A stretch of 64,000 nt of DNA from Octopus bimaculoides (taxonomy: Eukaryota). Position numbers and translations under genes: made by a program. The stretch is taken from assembly GCF_001194135.2 (NCBI RefSeq), contig NC_068984.1:111292771-111356770 (forward strand), in the 5' to 3' direction. Positions 12,996 to 25,369 of the stretch are shown here, piece after piece (within the stretch, counting starts at the first letter, position 1; each line of letters opens with the position of its first letter). Below the pieces are notes generated by a model. The model saw only the letters and a program-made list of their open reading frames with translations. It did no database searches and was not told the DNA's origin.

Positions 12996-13544
12996 TTTCA
13001 CATATATAAGAATTTATGACGGGCTTCTTTCAGTTTCCGTCTACTAAATCCACTCACAAGGCTTTGGTCAGCCTGAGGCTGTAGTAGAAGACACTTGCCC
13101 AAGGTGTCACACAGTGGNNNNNNNNNNTCAGCCTGAGGCTGTAGTAGAAGACACTTGCCCAAGGTGTCACACAGTGGAACTGAACCCAGAACCATGTGGC
13201 TGGGAAGCAAGCTTCTTACCACACAGCTATTCTATTTATATTTATAATTATTTACTCTTATTTGTTATGAATATTTAATATAAGGACAATTGTAGCATTA
13301 CCTCATTCCTTAACTGAAGTGGGCAAATAGCAAGACGGTTTCCCAAACCCAAGATTCTTAGTGAGACACCAGTTTATGTACAAATGTACCTAAAGTGACC
13401 CAGACCACAAAACTGATACAACACAATATGATGTACAGTATTGCACCCGTAAGGGACAGTCACAGGATGGGTCAAAACGATTGTTGTACACAACAAAGAT
13501 TAATACTAAATCTGTCTTCTGTTTCCTTAATCAATTATTATGTC

Positions 13545-15068
13545 AAGGCCCGAATTAAGACCCATTGAGGCCCTAAGCACTTAAAATATTTTGGTGCCCC
13601 CAGAAAAGATTATGTAATTCAAAATATAAGCAATACCAAACCATAAAACAAATTTTTATTTTTCGCCAGGGGTGTAGCCAGCCCACTTATGCGTACCTTT
13701 CCTTCTTTGGACACTAAACTCCGCTTGCGAAGACCTGTTGAGGCAAGTGAAATCGAAATCGAGTTAAATTCGACGACTGGCACCCATGCCAACGTTTTCT
13801 CCTTCATTGGAAATGAAACTCAGCTTGCGAAGACTTATCGGGGCAAGCGAAAGCGAAATCGGGATGGCACCTGAGCCCAGTGTCGCCTTTCTGGCACTTG
13901 TGCCCACAACATGTGTAAGGACTTTCGAGCGAGATCATTGCCAGTGCCTCTGGACTGGCTCTTGTGTGGGTGGCACATAAAATACACCATTTTGAGCGTG
14001 GCTGTTGCTAGTATCGCCTGACTGGCTTTCGTGCGGGTGACACATAAAAGCACCTACTACACGTTAGAAAGGGCATCCAGCTGTAGAAACTCTGCCAAAT
14101 CAGATTGGAGCCTGGTGTAGCTTTTGGGTTCCACCAGTCCTCAGTCAAATCGTCCAACCCATGCTAGCATGGAAAGCAGACGTTAAATGATGATGATGAT
14201 GATGTGTTCTGAGGACGACATTCCAGGGGAGTAAATGGTGTAAAGTGGTGTAATCTTCTCATCAGGGAGGGAGGGAGAGTTTTGCTGCCCTGGTGGCTGT
14301 TTATTGAATTTTCCGTGTTGGCTGTGGGCGGGAGAAGGTTCACTCATCCATTTTTATATATATATATATATATATATGTATATGTATATATATGTGTATA
14401 TAATTATGTATTATGTGTGAATTGTATAAATTATGTTATATACATATATATGTTGGCGTAGCATTGGAAGGGGCATCCAACTGTGGAAACTGTAACAGGG
14501 GTGAAGCACTGGAACCTGTTGTGTGCTGTCGGGCCATCCAGGTCGTGCCGGTGTGAAGGGTGAGTGTGGAATGGTGATGATGCACAGGCGCACACACACA
14601 CCTATGTTCAGGGATCTTTTGTTCACACAGAACAGCTTTTGTCCGGCACGTTGCCATGTTGTTTACTGCTTCTCTCATGAAGCATGTTGATTTGTGCTGG
14701 GTTGTGTTAGAGATAATGAATGGAGGATACTTGTCGATTTGTTCTGTTCTGTTCTGAGTTAAAAATGAAACAAAACAGTAAGAGGGAAAATAATGTTTAT
14801 TTTTGTATACTTCCACTTTATTTATATTTGAAAAGTTTCCTCCTACATTTTTGAATTACAAAGTCTTTGATCAGATCCTCAAAATTAATCTTAGGTAACA
14901 CATCTGCATCTATACTTAGTAACAATAAAGGTATCCCAAATATTCTTTAAGCAAGTTTAGAGTGATTTCTTTTGTGCCGTGAACCATTTACCATTTCTGT
15001 GGTGCCCCCTCCTCCCCTTGATGCCCTAAGCACGTGCTTATTTTTGCTTAATGATTAATCCGCTGCTG
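13545..15068 (-). mobile_element. Non-autonomous hAT element with nested insertions
   Basis: Imperfect TIRs AAGGCCCGAATTAA and TTAATCCGCTGCTG. An 8-bp TSD ATTATGTC (13537-13544) and ATTATCTC (15069-15076). The minus strand at about 14829-14930 translates LLLSIDADVLPKINFEDLIKDFVIQKCRRKLF, like the hAT C-terminal dimerisation region. Confidence 0.7.
13669..14200 (+). mobile_element. RTE-tail element (3' UTR-derived)
   Basis: Ends AAGGGCATCCAGCTGTAGAAACTCTGCC..CCAACCCATGCTAGCATGGAAAGCAGACGTTAAA(TGA)n, the same end that follows the RTE ORF2 remnant at 53136-53940. Confidence 0.8.
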
Positions 15069-15567
15069 ATTATCTCAACTAACACTAAGGAATTCTTGAA
15101 GTTGATCCAATGGAAATATAATCCAACTGCAGACACCAGGTAGCGCTTTACTCAATACATCAACACACTAACTGACATATACCCCTTATTCCCCAAAATA
15201 ACACACACACACTCACACACATACATACATAAACACATATGCATGTATGTATGTACGTGTGTATGTGTGTGTGTGTGTGTGTGTGTTTCCTTGCCATGAA
15301 ATAAAGTGAGGGTAAATAATTGAGTGTCAGTTTCATACAAGTGGTATCTTTCACTTTTAGTCTTTCTTGAAAACATGTCCAGCTAAGGGGAAATATTAAC
15401 CTACTTGAAAAACAACAAAAAAAAACTAAAAAGAAAACAGGAGAGTTTTGGTCACAGGAAGTGCAAAGAAAATCTGCCTCGACAAATTCTATCTGGCACG
15501 TACAAGCATGGAAATGATGCTGATGATGATGAGGAGGAGGTGGAGGATGATAAGGATGATGATGATG

Positions 15568-15627
<60 letters not shown>

Positions 15628-15740
15628 GTATACAGTGGGCTGATATCTTAATGTAGCCTTAAAAAGGGGAAATTTTCACAGTTCTCAGTATATCATTTCC
15701 TATGCACCTGCAGGGCTAAGTGCACTTAATAATTACCTAT

Positions 15741-15790
<50 letters not shown>

Positions 15791-16019
15791 GTTTGTCTGT
15801 CTGTTTGTCTGTCTATCTATCTATCTGCCTGTCTGTCTGTCTGTCTCTCACTCTCTGTATGTCTGTCTGTCTGTCTCACTGTCTCACTGTTTGTCTCTCT
15901 CTGTCTCTGTCTGTCTCTCCATTTCTGTCTCTGTCTGTCTCTCCATTTCTGTCTCTGTCACTCTCTTTCTGTATCTATCTATCTACCTACCTACCTACCT
16001 ACCTATCTATCTATCTATG

Positions 16020-16080
<61 letters not shown>

Positions 16081-16755
16081 GTGTCTGTCACTCCCTCTAT
16101 CTCTGTTTATCTATCTATCTACTTACTTATACTATACAAAATCAGTGAAAAATACAGAGATATCACATTAATTCTTTTTTCTTCATTTCCGTTTATTTCA
16201 ATTCTGATTTTTCATCAACAGGTTTAACAAATTAGTGAATAATATATTCTCTTTCATTTTTATCAAATTGACCAGCATTCCTCTTGCATCCTTGGCAATT
16301 TTTTCCTATGATGCCTCTGTTAATTTTGTGGTTCTTCCGTGCCCTTAGATGTATTTTTATTTTTATTTTTAGTGAAGCAGGTGCTTATGTAGTACCCTAG
16401 TATATATATATATATATATATATNNNNNNNNNNNNNNNNNNNNNNNNNNNNNNNNNNNNNNNNNNNNNNNNNNNNNNNNNNNNNNNNNNNNNNNNNNNNN
16501 NNNNNNNNNNNNNNNNNNNNNNNNNNNNNNNNNNNNNNNNNNNNNNNNNNNNNNNNNNNNNNNNNNNNNNNNNNNNNNNNNNNNNNNNNNNNNNNNNNNN
16601 NNNNNNNNNNNNNNNNNNNNNNNNNNNNNNNNNNNNNNNNNNNNNNNNNNNNNNNNNNNNNNNNNNNNNNNNNNNNNNNNNNNNNNNNNNNNNNNNNNNN
16701 NNNNNNNNNNNNNNNNNNNNNNNNNNNNNNNNNNNNNNNNNNNNNNNNNNNNTAT

Positions 16756-16786
<31 letters not shown>

Positions 16787-16941
16787 GCTAACTAGCCAGA
16801 TAGATAGATAGATAGATAGATAGATAAGTAGATAGATAGATAGGTAGATAGATAGATAGACCTATATATTCATATATATCAATATCCATATATAGGTTAT
16901 ATACATTTATATAGTATAACAATATGCATATATATATTAAA

Positions 16942-16972
<31 letters not shown>

Positions 16973-17792
16973 TTATGCATGACAGAAGAAAATTACCAAA
17001 TGTGTCACACAGTCACATTGAACTCACATAAACCTAATTACAATCCAGGCTTCTTAACCTGACAGCTAAGCTTGCCAACATACTTTGTATTGAAATAAGT
17101 GAACAGCATTCAAAGTTACCACATGCATATATGTCATTAGTGTAAAATATAACCTTCTTTATATATAAATATATAGCAACACTTTCATCCTAAAATGAAC
17201 ATCCAACACTCAATATATCTATCAGTATGTCGATTGGAGTGCCTCCTTATCTGTTTGTCTAAAAAATCAATCAATTAATCAACCAATCGTATAAATACAT
17301 TGAATGAGACATTAAGATGAAGGACCAGTGACCACATGATCATAAGTTCATATGTTACTTTTACAGCCATTGATGCTGTTATAGCTTTGGCTCTTGGGCA
17401 GGGCATCGCGCATAATTCTTTATGTGTCAGAGTGTGATATTGACATATAAGTTCCTTCGGGTTCCTACTTAATAGTTGAAGGGGTCATGGAAAGAAGGGG
17501 GCCAAGCAGCAAAAAGAATAGTTTGCACACATGCACGTGCATCTACACACACACACACATCCACAGACACATAGCATTGTGCATATTAATACACATAGTA
17601 CACGTTGACAAACACACACATACATGCATACATTTCTCTGTAGTAAGAAATTTGTTTCCCAACCTCATTGTTCTGAGTTCAGTACCTCTGAGTGGCATTT
17701 TGAGCAAATTTCTTCTACTACAGCCCCAAGGGTAACCAAAGCCATGAGAGTGGATTTTGTTGATAGAAACTGACAGAAGCTTATTTTATATA

Positions 17793-18360
17793 CGAGGGTG
17801 AGTCAAAAATTAATGCCATTTTGTTTTAAGACAGGTATAATTACCAACACAGGAATATGTATCATACATTAAAATGAAGCTGGTCCTCTGTGGATTACAT
17901 CCTTACTTCTCAACATAGTCACCGTTTCTCTCAATAGCAATGTTCCACCTTTGAATGAGAGCATGTGTCCTTGCCCTGTAAACTTCTGTTGACTATTCTT
18001 TGAGCCACTTCGTCACTACAGTTTTCGTTTCATCATCACTGGAATAATTTATCACCTTCAGACCATCATCTCTTCAGCCTCATGAAAGAGGGTTTGAGAG
18101 GCAAACATTATTCCAGTAATGAGGAAATAAAAACTGCAATGAAGAAATGGTTCAAAGAACGGTCAACAGAATTTTACAGGGCAAGGATACAGGCTCTCAT
18201 TTGAAGGTAAAACATTGCTATTGAGAGAAATGGTGACTGTATTGAGAAGTAGGGATTTGACCCACAGAGGACCAGCTTAGTTTTGATGCATGATACATGT
18301 TCCTGTGTTGGTAATTATACCTGTCCTAAACAAAATAGCATTACTTTTTGACTCACCCTC

Positions 18361-18361
<1 letters not shown>
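17793..18361. mobile_element. Fold-back mariner MITE made of two inverted copies of the transposase 3' end
   Basis: TA|CGAGGGTGAGTCAAAAA at the left and TTTTTGACTCACCCTCG|TA at the right, with arms of about 255 bp. The right half translates SPSDHHLFSLMKEGLRGKHYSSNEEIKTAMKKWFKERSTEFYRARIQALI*R*NIAIERNGDCIEK*, a mariner C-terminus. Confidence 0.85.
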
Positions 18362-18404
<43 letters not shown>

Positions 18405-18406
<2 letters not shown>

Positions 18407-18658
18407 TTTTATTCTTGTACTTGTTTCAGTCATTTCACTGTGCCCATGCTGAATTACCAGCTTTCAAGTGTTTCTATGTTTCTTAGTCACAGAAATCGAC
18501 TGCAGGACTCATTCTTTGTAAGCCTAGTACTCATTCTATCAGTCTTTTTTGCTGAACTGCTAAGTTATGGGGGACGTTAAAACACCAACATATCAATCAT
18601 CAAGCAATGGTGTGGGGACAAACATAGAAACAAAGACACACACATCCATAAATAGATA

Positions 18659-18698
<40 letters not shown>

Positions 18699-18830
18699 AG
18701 CTTCTTTCAGTTTCCGCCAACCAAAATCACTCACAAGGTTTATAGTTGACTCGAAGCTATAGTAGATGACACTTGCACACTCGAACCCGGAACCATGTGG
18801 TTGGGAAGTAAGCTTCTTACCACACAATGT
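18405..18830 (-). mobile_element. SINE B, full length
   Basis: Same tail, microsatellite and head blocks as 4880-5545. Confidence 0.8.
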
Positions 18831-20747
18831 TTGTCTTAATAACTGACAAGATGCCGGAGCAGATTTCTGCCCCAACATCCAAAACTCTGAGTTTTATTAT
18901 GGCAACCAACTAATTGTCACATATTGTATTATAGATAAATTCCTCTATTTACATAATATCGAGGTCTTATCATTCATTCTTTTGTTGTCATATCATTATT
19001 ATTAATATATATATATATGTATATATATATATAAATACACACAGATAATAATGGTAGAAAATTTAGATAAGTTTTCATACCAGTGGCTAGCATGTGTAAT
19101 AAAGTCAATAGAGAACATATTTTCATATATAATAGTGTATAAACAATTTATGGATTTATGCACGAAAGTGGTGACCTTTGACCTTTGGTTTGGGCTTTAA
19201 CTGCCCTTTCTAGCATGTAAGGTGTCTTGTTAATGGTCACCTCTTCTGTGTATAAATATATAAATTGTTTATACACTATTATATATACAATTAAGACTCA
19301 GTTGAAATTAGGTAAAGTTGAAGCACCAAAATTAGTGTGGCATTATCCTTACAACTCAAAGTGAGGTGAATAAAATCGAAATAAGCAACAGGAAATCAGA
19401 GGTGAGGCAGTTTCTCTTTTCCAGTCTACATTGTAAAGCATGTCTTAGCTATGGGAAGATATTACCATGCTTGGAAACAGGTGATGGTTAGCAACAAGAA
19501 AGGCATAGAAAAATTTGCTTCAACAAATTCCATCTGACCCTTGCAAGCATGGAACAGAGGTTTTTAAATGATAATGATGACGATGGTGATGACAGTGATG
19601 ATATGTTACCTTCACAGTATATTTATACACACACAGACATATACACATGTGTGTATGTCTATATATGCATACATAAGTGTATACATACATATATGTATGT
19701 GTGTGGGTGTATGAGTGCATAATAAACATCAAAAGATAAATCCATGTTAATTAAGAGCTCAATTAATACAGGTAATTAAACTCTAAAGCATTATTACATT
19801 GCAATAAATCCAAGGGGAACTGATTTGCATGTGTATACATAATCGGTTAAAATGATTTTTAAGAGCAACACACATTTATATATATGTGTGTGTGCACGCA
19901 CACAAACATACATATATGTACATATTTATATATATATGCTTGTGTGTGTGTAAATATATATGTATGTATGTGTGTGTGTGTGTATGTGTGTATAGAGAGA
20001 GGTAGATATTTAGATAGCGATATTTACATAGGTATACATATATGTAGATATACATGCATGTACGTGTTTATGTGTTTATATAACAGATGTATATCATATC
20101 CATACGTGCATACATGCACGAAAGCTAAACCACTTAATTATGTTTGTGTATACATGCATGCATAAACCAAACACACACACACAGACACATGCTTACACAG
20201 AATCATTCACCTCCCATTTTGCACAAATATCCACTCATATCACACACACAGATATACACACACACATCCATGCATACATCTAAACATGTTTGTGTGCACA
20301 CATATACATACATACATACATATGCGCATATCATTTCATATGCTTCACTGGCAATATATGTAAGGTGAGAAATGCAAGTGGAAAACTCTGGGGGAAACCA
20401 AATCCTAAAAAAAACTTGTTGAAACCAGGCAATCTGCCTGCCTCTATATAGCCACATAACTGGCTAGAAATAGCAACCAAATCTTCCGTAACTGTTTTCC
20501 TGTTCAAAGTTTGTCCTAAACAGCTATGCTTGGCTTTAAACTTTTATCTTACCCTTGTTTTATACCTTTGATTAATATTAGGCTTTTCCTTTCATAATTT
20601 CTTAGAGACTCTGGCAGTAGCAGGAAAAAAAAAAAACGGGAAAGTGTATCGTATACAATGCATAGAGGCCAATTAAATATTTCCTATGTATCACATATGA
20701 TATACAAAGCAAGCAAAGAGTTATATCATTTTTTTTTCTTAAAGAAT

Positions 20748-20898
20748 TACTCTTTTACTCTTTTACTTGTTTCAGTCATTTGACTGCGGCCATGCTGGAG
20801 CACCACCTTTAGTCGAACAAATCGACCCCAGGACTTATTCTTTGTAAGCCTAGTACTTATTCTATCGGTCTCTTTTTGCCGGACCGCTAAGTTACGGG
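20748..20898 (-). mobile_element. SINE B 3' half, joined to the 5S fragment
   Basis: CCGTAACTTAGCGGTCCGGCAAAAAGAGACCGATAG..CAAATGACTGAAACAAGTAAAAAGAGTAAAAGAGTAA. There is no SINE B head upstream. Confidence 0.85.
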
Positions 20899-20910
20899 TA
20901 AGTGTGGGAT

Positions 20911-20993
20911 GCTTACAGCACCTAGGTTTCCCAAGCGGTCATCCATCTAGGCTCAATGTTGCTTAACTTCGGTGATCGGACGAGAACCGGTGC
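20911..20993 (-). pseudogene. 5S rRNA pseudogene fragment (5'-truncated, internal deletion)
   Basis: The minus strand reads GCACCGGTTCTCGTCCGATCACCGAAGTTAAGCAACATTGAGCC-TAGATGGATGACCGCTTGGGAAACCTAGGTGCTGTAAGC. This is the metazoan 5S sequence lacking about 25 nt at the 5' end and about 10 nt around GGTTAGTACTT. Confidence 0.85.
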
Positions 20994-21462
20994 TAGTCAT
21001 ACATAGAGTATGTCAGAATGAAAGGGCTGACTAGCAACAACCAAGTTTCAATTCTTAGTTGCTTTCAAATATAACCTTCAGTTGTCTCCTTCTCAGTGCA
21101 CTCTATAAAAGGCATCTCTGATACTCACCCATTGATGGATATTTCTATCAGCTAAATGATCTGCTGTGTATTCTGTCACAATTATATCTAAACATTAATG
21201 CATGGTTAAGAAGTGTGTGTTGTTAATGTATTAGTTTGGGGTTCAATTCCACAGTGTGGCACCTTGGGTAAATATCCTCTGCCCCAATGGTTCTTAAAAT
21301 CACAAATACCATCTCCCATACCAACTTCCACCACCAAGTAGTGAATTATTTTTGCCCTTTACTTTTGTCTTATTAATTACATTTGTGTCCATAAAATTTA
21401 TTTTCTTTGTCGTAATGTCAGACATGTTTAAAACGTTTGAAACTGTCAAATTTCATTAAATA

Positions 21463-21695
21463 CAGGGTTGACCAAAAGTCACCTGACAGTAAATCAAAAT
21501 CATTTAATTCTAAGATTTATTTATATTCAACAGTTGAATGAATTTAATAAAAGTATCTAAATATGAAAAATCATGAAAATTGCTCAAACTGAAGTCCTTC
21601 TTGAGTGACACATTTTTGCATTCAAGTCAATACAGAATTACAGATAGTATTTATGGAATTTTGATTTACTGTCAGGTAACTTTTGGCCAACCCTG
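21463..21695. mobile_element. Tc1/mariner MITE (233 bp)
   Basis: TA|CAGGGTTGACCAAAAGTCACCTGACAGTAAATCAAAAT and ATTTTGATTTACTGTCAGGTAACTTTTGGCCAACCCTG|TA: 38-bp TIRs and a TA TSD. Confidence 0.9.
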
Positions 21696-21952
21696 TATAA
21701 TAACTTAACTGCTCGCCCTTTCAACTCTTTGAAGCCTCTCCTCACCCACCATCCTTTCATTCTTTACAAGAAAAACTGTTCAACCAAAGCCTCAAGCTGA
21801 CCAAAGTCATTTGAGCTGTATTTGACAGACAATAACTGTGTGGAAAACTATCGGTTGGGTTGTTCCTAGTTTAGAGTTGTGGATACAGTCTACAACCCTG
21901 TCTACGACCAAGTTCAGTGCCTTGGTCCCCTGTATCAGATTTCTCTCTATAA

Positions 21953-22175
21953 CTCTTTAGCATTTAAACTGGCCATATCTGGCCTCAAATTTTCCACCTG
22001 TTTTAAATTCAAACTGGCCAGATCTTGCTTCGCACACCCACCTAACAATGTCATTGCAAAAAGATCAACAATCACATGATAGAAACCTCAAAGCTGTGAG
22101 ATAAACCCGAATTAATTCAAATCAATGTGAATGAATATATATTACATTCGACTGAGCAATCTGAATGCTGAAGGG
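21953..22175. mobile_element. piggyBac-like MITE
   Basis: Ends CTCTTTAGCATT and AATGCTGAAGGG. The right end matches 58615-58714 (..AATCTGAATGCTAAAGGG|TTAA). Confidence 0.55.
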
Positions 22176-23454
22176 ATAACAAGCAATCAGGTTAAGTCAC
22201 CAGCCTAAGGATAAGTTTCTTCTGTCTTCTCATCAGCCTGGAGGCCTTTAAAAAGGTTGGAGCGTTACACTTTTTCCTTTGATTAAGATATTAAAAATAT
22301 GAAATAAAAAAATGTATCATTTCATTTTGTTATTGAGTGTAGAGGTGGGGATATACATGTCGACTAATCTTTACATACATATGTATCAATGTTTTTTGCA
22401 GCTGTATATTTTGTTCATTACCATCTTCATCATCTCACCATCAAACAGCAGGGAAGATATAAGCAGTATGATATTTGCCAGATTGAAGTTTGACAACGTT
22501 TACATTTAATGGGATACTATGAAGTGGATGAGATCATTTCCGCATATTACTTCACTAACCTTGAATATGGAAAGAAAAATGAGGTAGTAAAAAGGAGAGA
22601 GAAAGAGAGAGAGAAAGGGGATGAGGGAGAGAGAAATAGGAAGAGAAAGAGAGAGAAACATGAAGAAGAAAACCATAGAGATGAAGGAGAATATAACATA
22701 ATTTCGGTATCCAACTGCACAAACATGCACACATAAATATATTTGCACATGTTCCTATATAATAGGCATTATCATAAAGTTATTTATCAAAATATAATGG
22801 CAATAATTCAATGAGGAAACAATTAGCTAATGTGATTGATTCTAGGTTTATTGCTGCCCCTTAAAGGAGGAAATTCTGCAATTTCCCTCAAACAGTATTT
22901 TGAAATGTTCACTTCATTCACCTCTACACCCATCTCTAACCACCTGTCACTCCCCATTCACATTCTAACGATCTTATCCACCCATCCTTCTCAATTCTTT
23001 GTCTGTATTATGTCTTATAAATCACCTTTCTGCATTTTGTGAGTACAGTTCTGACACTTCGACACTACCATCATCGTTTTATTTCCTGCTATTCCCACCC
23101 ATCCTTATAGAAAGAAGAGTAGCCTTGTATCTCCTCTGCAGCAAGATACTTGTTCCTGATCCTCCATCATACTTCAGTCTCTCAACACCTGGCATAAAAC
23201 CACCTTCCTCTCCACTACAACCCTCTTAGTTGAAGGATCTTTTCTTTGCCTTGGGAATTACTTGGCAGCCCTACCAGTGCTTGTGTCACAAAAAGAACAG
23301 CCAGTACACTCTGTAGATTGATTAGCATTAGGAAGGGCAACCAGCCATAGAAACCATGATAAAGTAGACACGGGTGCTTGATACAGTCCTCTTGTCATAC
23401 AGTTCATCTCATACCAGCTGGTGATGATGGTGATGAAAATGCTTAATGACTCAT

Positions 23455-23691
23455 TTTTTATTTCTTTATTGCCCACAAGGGGCTAAACATAGAGGGAACA
23501 AACAAGGACAGACAAAGGGATTAAGTCAATTACCTTAACCCCAGTGCGTAACTGGTACTTAATTTATCGATCCCGAAAGGATGAAAGGCAAAGTCGACCT
23601 CAGCGGAATTTGAACTCAGAGCATAACAGCAGACGAAATACCACGAAGTATTTCACCCTGTGTGCTAACGTTTCTGCCAGCTCACCGCCTT
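23455..23691 (-). mobile_element. SINE A, full length
   Basis: Near-identical in structure to 555-788. Confidence 0.85.
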
Positions 23692-24139
23692 AATGACTCA
23701 TTTCTCTCTTATCAATATAAAGATACAGAACTTAGACATATGGCATGGCTATGTGGGTAAGAAGTTCACTTGTCAACCTCATAGTTTCAGGTTCAGTCCC
23801 ATTATATGGTACTATGCGCGAAGATGTACTGCTATAGATCTTCTGTTAACTGAATCCACTGAAACTGAAAGAAGCCTGTTATGTGTGTGTGTGTGTGTGT
23901 TGATGGTTGCTTGCAAGCTTGTGTCTCTTTGTTTACAGATCATGTGGTAGTTGTACATAAGAGTCACTGTCATGCATGTAGTGCCCTTCATTTCCAGTCT
24001 TCTATAAAAGAAAAAAATATATATATATCTGGCCATGGGGAAATATGACCCTGTTTGGAAACAGGTGAGGGAGGGTTGGTGACACTAGGGAGATCAGGGC
24101 ATAAAATGTCTGCCTCAATGAAATTCAGGGAAAAGTGAG

Positions 24140-24735
24140 AAATAATGATGATGATAATGATGATGTTGAGGTTCATGAGGGCAACAACATTGATGATGTT
24201 GGTGAGGATGACGGTGATCATGATGGCGATGACGATGATGACAACAGTGATAGTGACAATGATGTCAACAATGACAATGATGATGATGACAATGGTGACC
24301 TTGAGGATTATGAGGACAACAGTATCGATGATGTTGATGAGGATGATGGTGATGATAATTATGTTTATGATCATGATCATGATGGTGATGATGATGATGA
24401 TGTGATGATAGTGAAGGGGATAATGATGATGACGATAACGATGACAATAACCATGAGACAAGGATGATGGTAGCAATGATGACAACATTGATGGTAATGA
24501 AGATGACAGTGGTGGTGGTGGTGGTGGTGGTGGTGGTAGTGGTTGTGGTGGTGGCGACGGCGGCGGCGGCTGCGATGGTGGTGGTGGTGGTGGTGGTGGT
24601 GGTGGTGCTGCTGCTGCTGCTGCTGCTGCTGACACAGACAGTGATCACGGCTGCAGCAGCAATGATGGCAGTGCCGATATTCATGATGACGATAAAGATG
24701 ACAATAGGTCAACAATGATGATGATGATAAATAAT
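24140..24735 (+). repeat. Compound trinucleotide tract (GAT)n/(GGT)n/(GGC)n/(GCT)n
   Basis: Visible directly in the sequence; it accounts for the low-complexity ORFs at 23988-24739. Confidence 0.9.
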
Positions 24736-25263
24736 TCAAATGTCAATAATTGTGCATCAACTACCAGATACTATAACTGCTTCCATGCAATATTATCATC
24801 ATCATCATTATTATTATTATTATTTAAAATATAAAGGAAACTTAGAGCTTGTTCAAGCTTTCCATTTTATTGCTTTCTCCCCATAAAAATCATAATAATT
24901 TGAACACCCAAGAATTATTAACAACAGACATAATAGGATTATTTATTCATTTATATATATATTTATTTATTTATTTTCCAATGCAGTCTGTGAAAAATGG
25001 TATCAAGGGTCATAGGTTTCCACTGGATCAATCAATGGTTCAGTAAAGTTCTGATGGCGAGAGTAACCAGAAGGGATGGTCACTAGTGTTGTTCTTTTTC
25101 TTTGCCTTTGTTTTTCAGCTTCTTTTTGTCAATGGTTATACTCTTCGCTGATGTATATCAGTGAACAATATATCCATACATCTATACACATATGGATATG
25201 TGTGAATTAATACAAGTATATGTACATACATATATATATATGTGTGTGTGTGTGTGTCTGTTA

Positions 25264-25324
<61 letters not shown>

Positions 25325-25369
25325 CATATGAATGTGTGTGTGAGTGTGTGCATGTATGTATATATATCA

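Noticed and set aside
13068-13177. 50-bp direct repeat on both sides of a 10-N gap
   Set aside because: An identical repeat flanking a placeholder gap is the signature of unmerged overlapping contigs.
13405-13458. Plus-strand exon-like segments (also about 15090-15140)
   Set aside because: The peptides are unrecognised and the acceptors weak; such candidates arise by chance in AT-rich DNA.
23988-24739. Poly-Pro/His/Gln/Asp ORFs
   Set aside because: These are translations of trinucleotide microsatellites, open in several frames on both strands.
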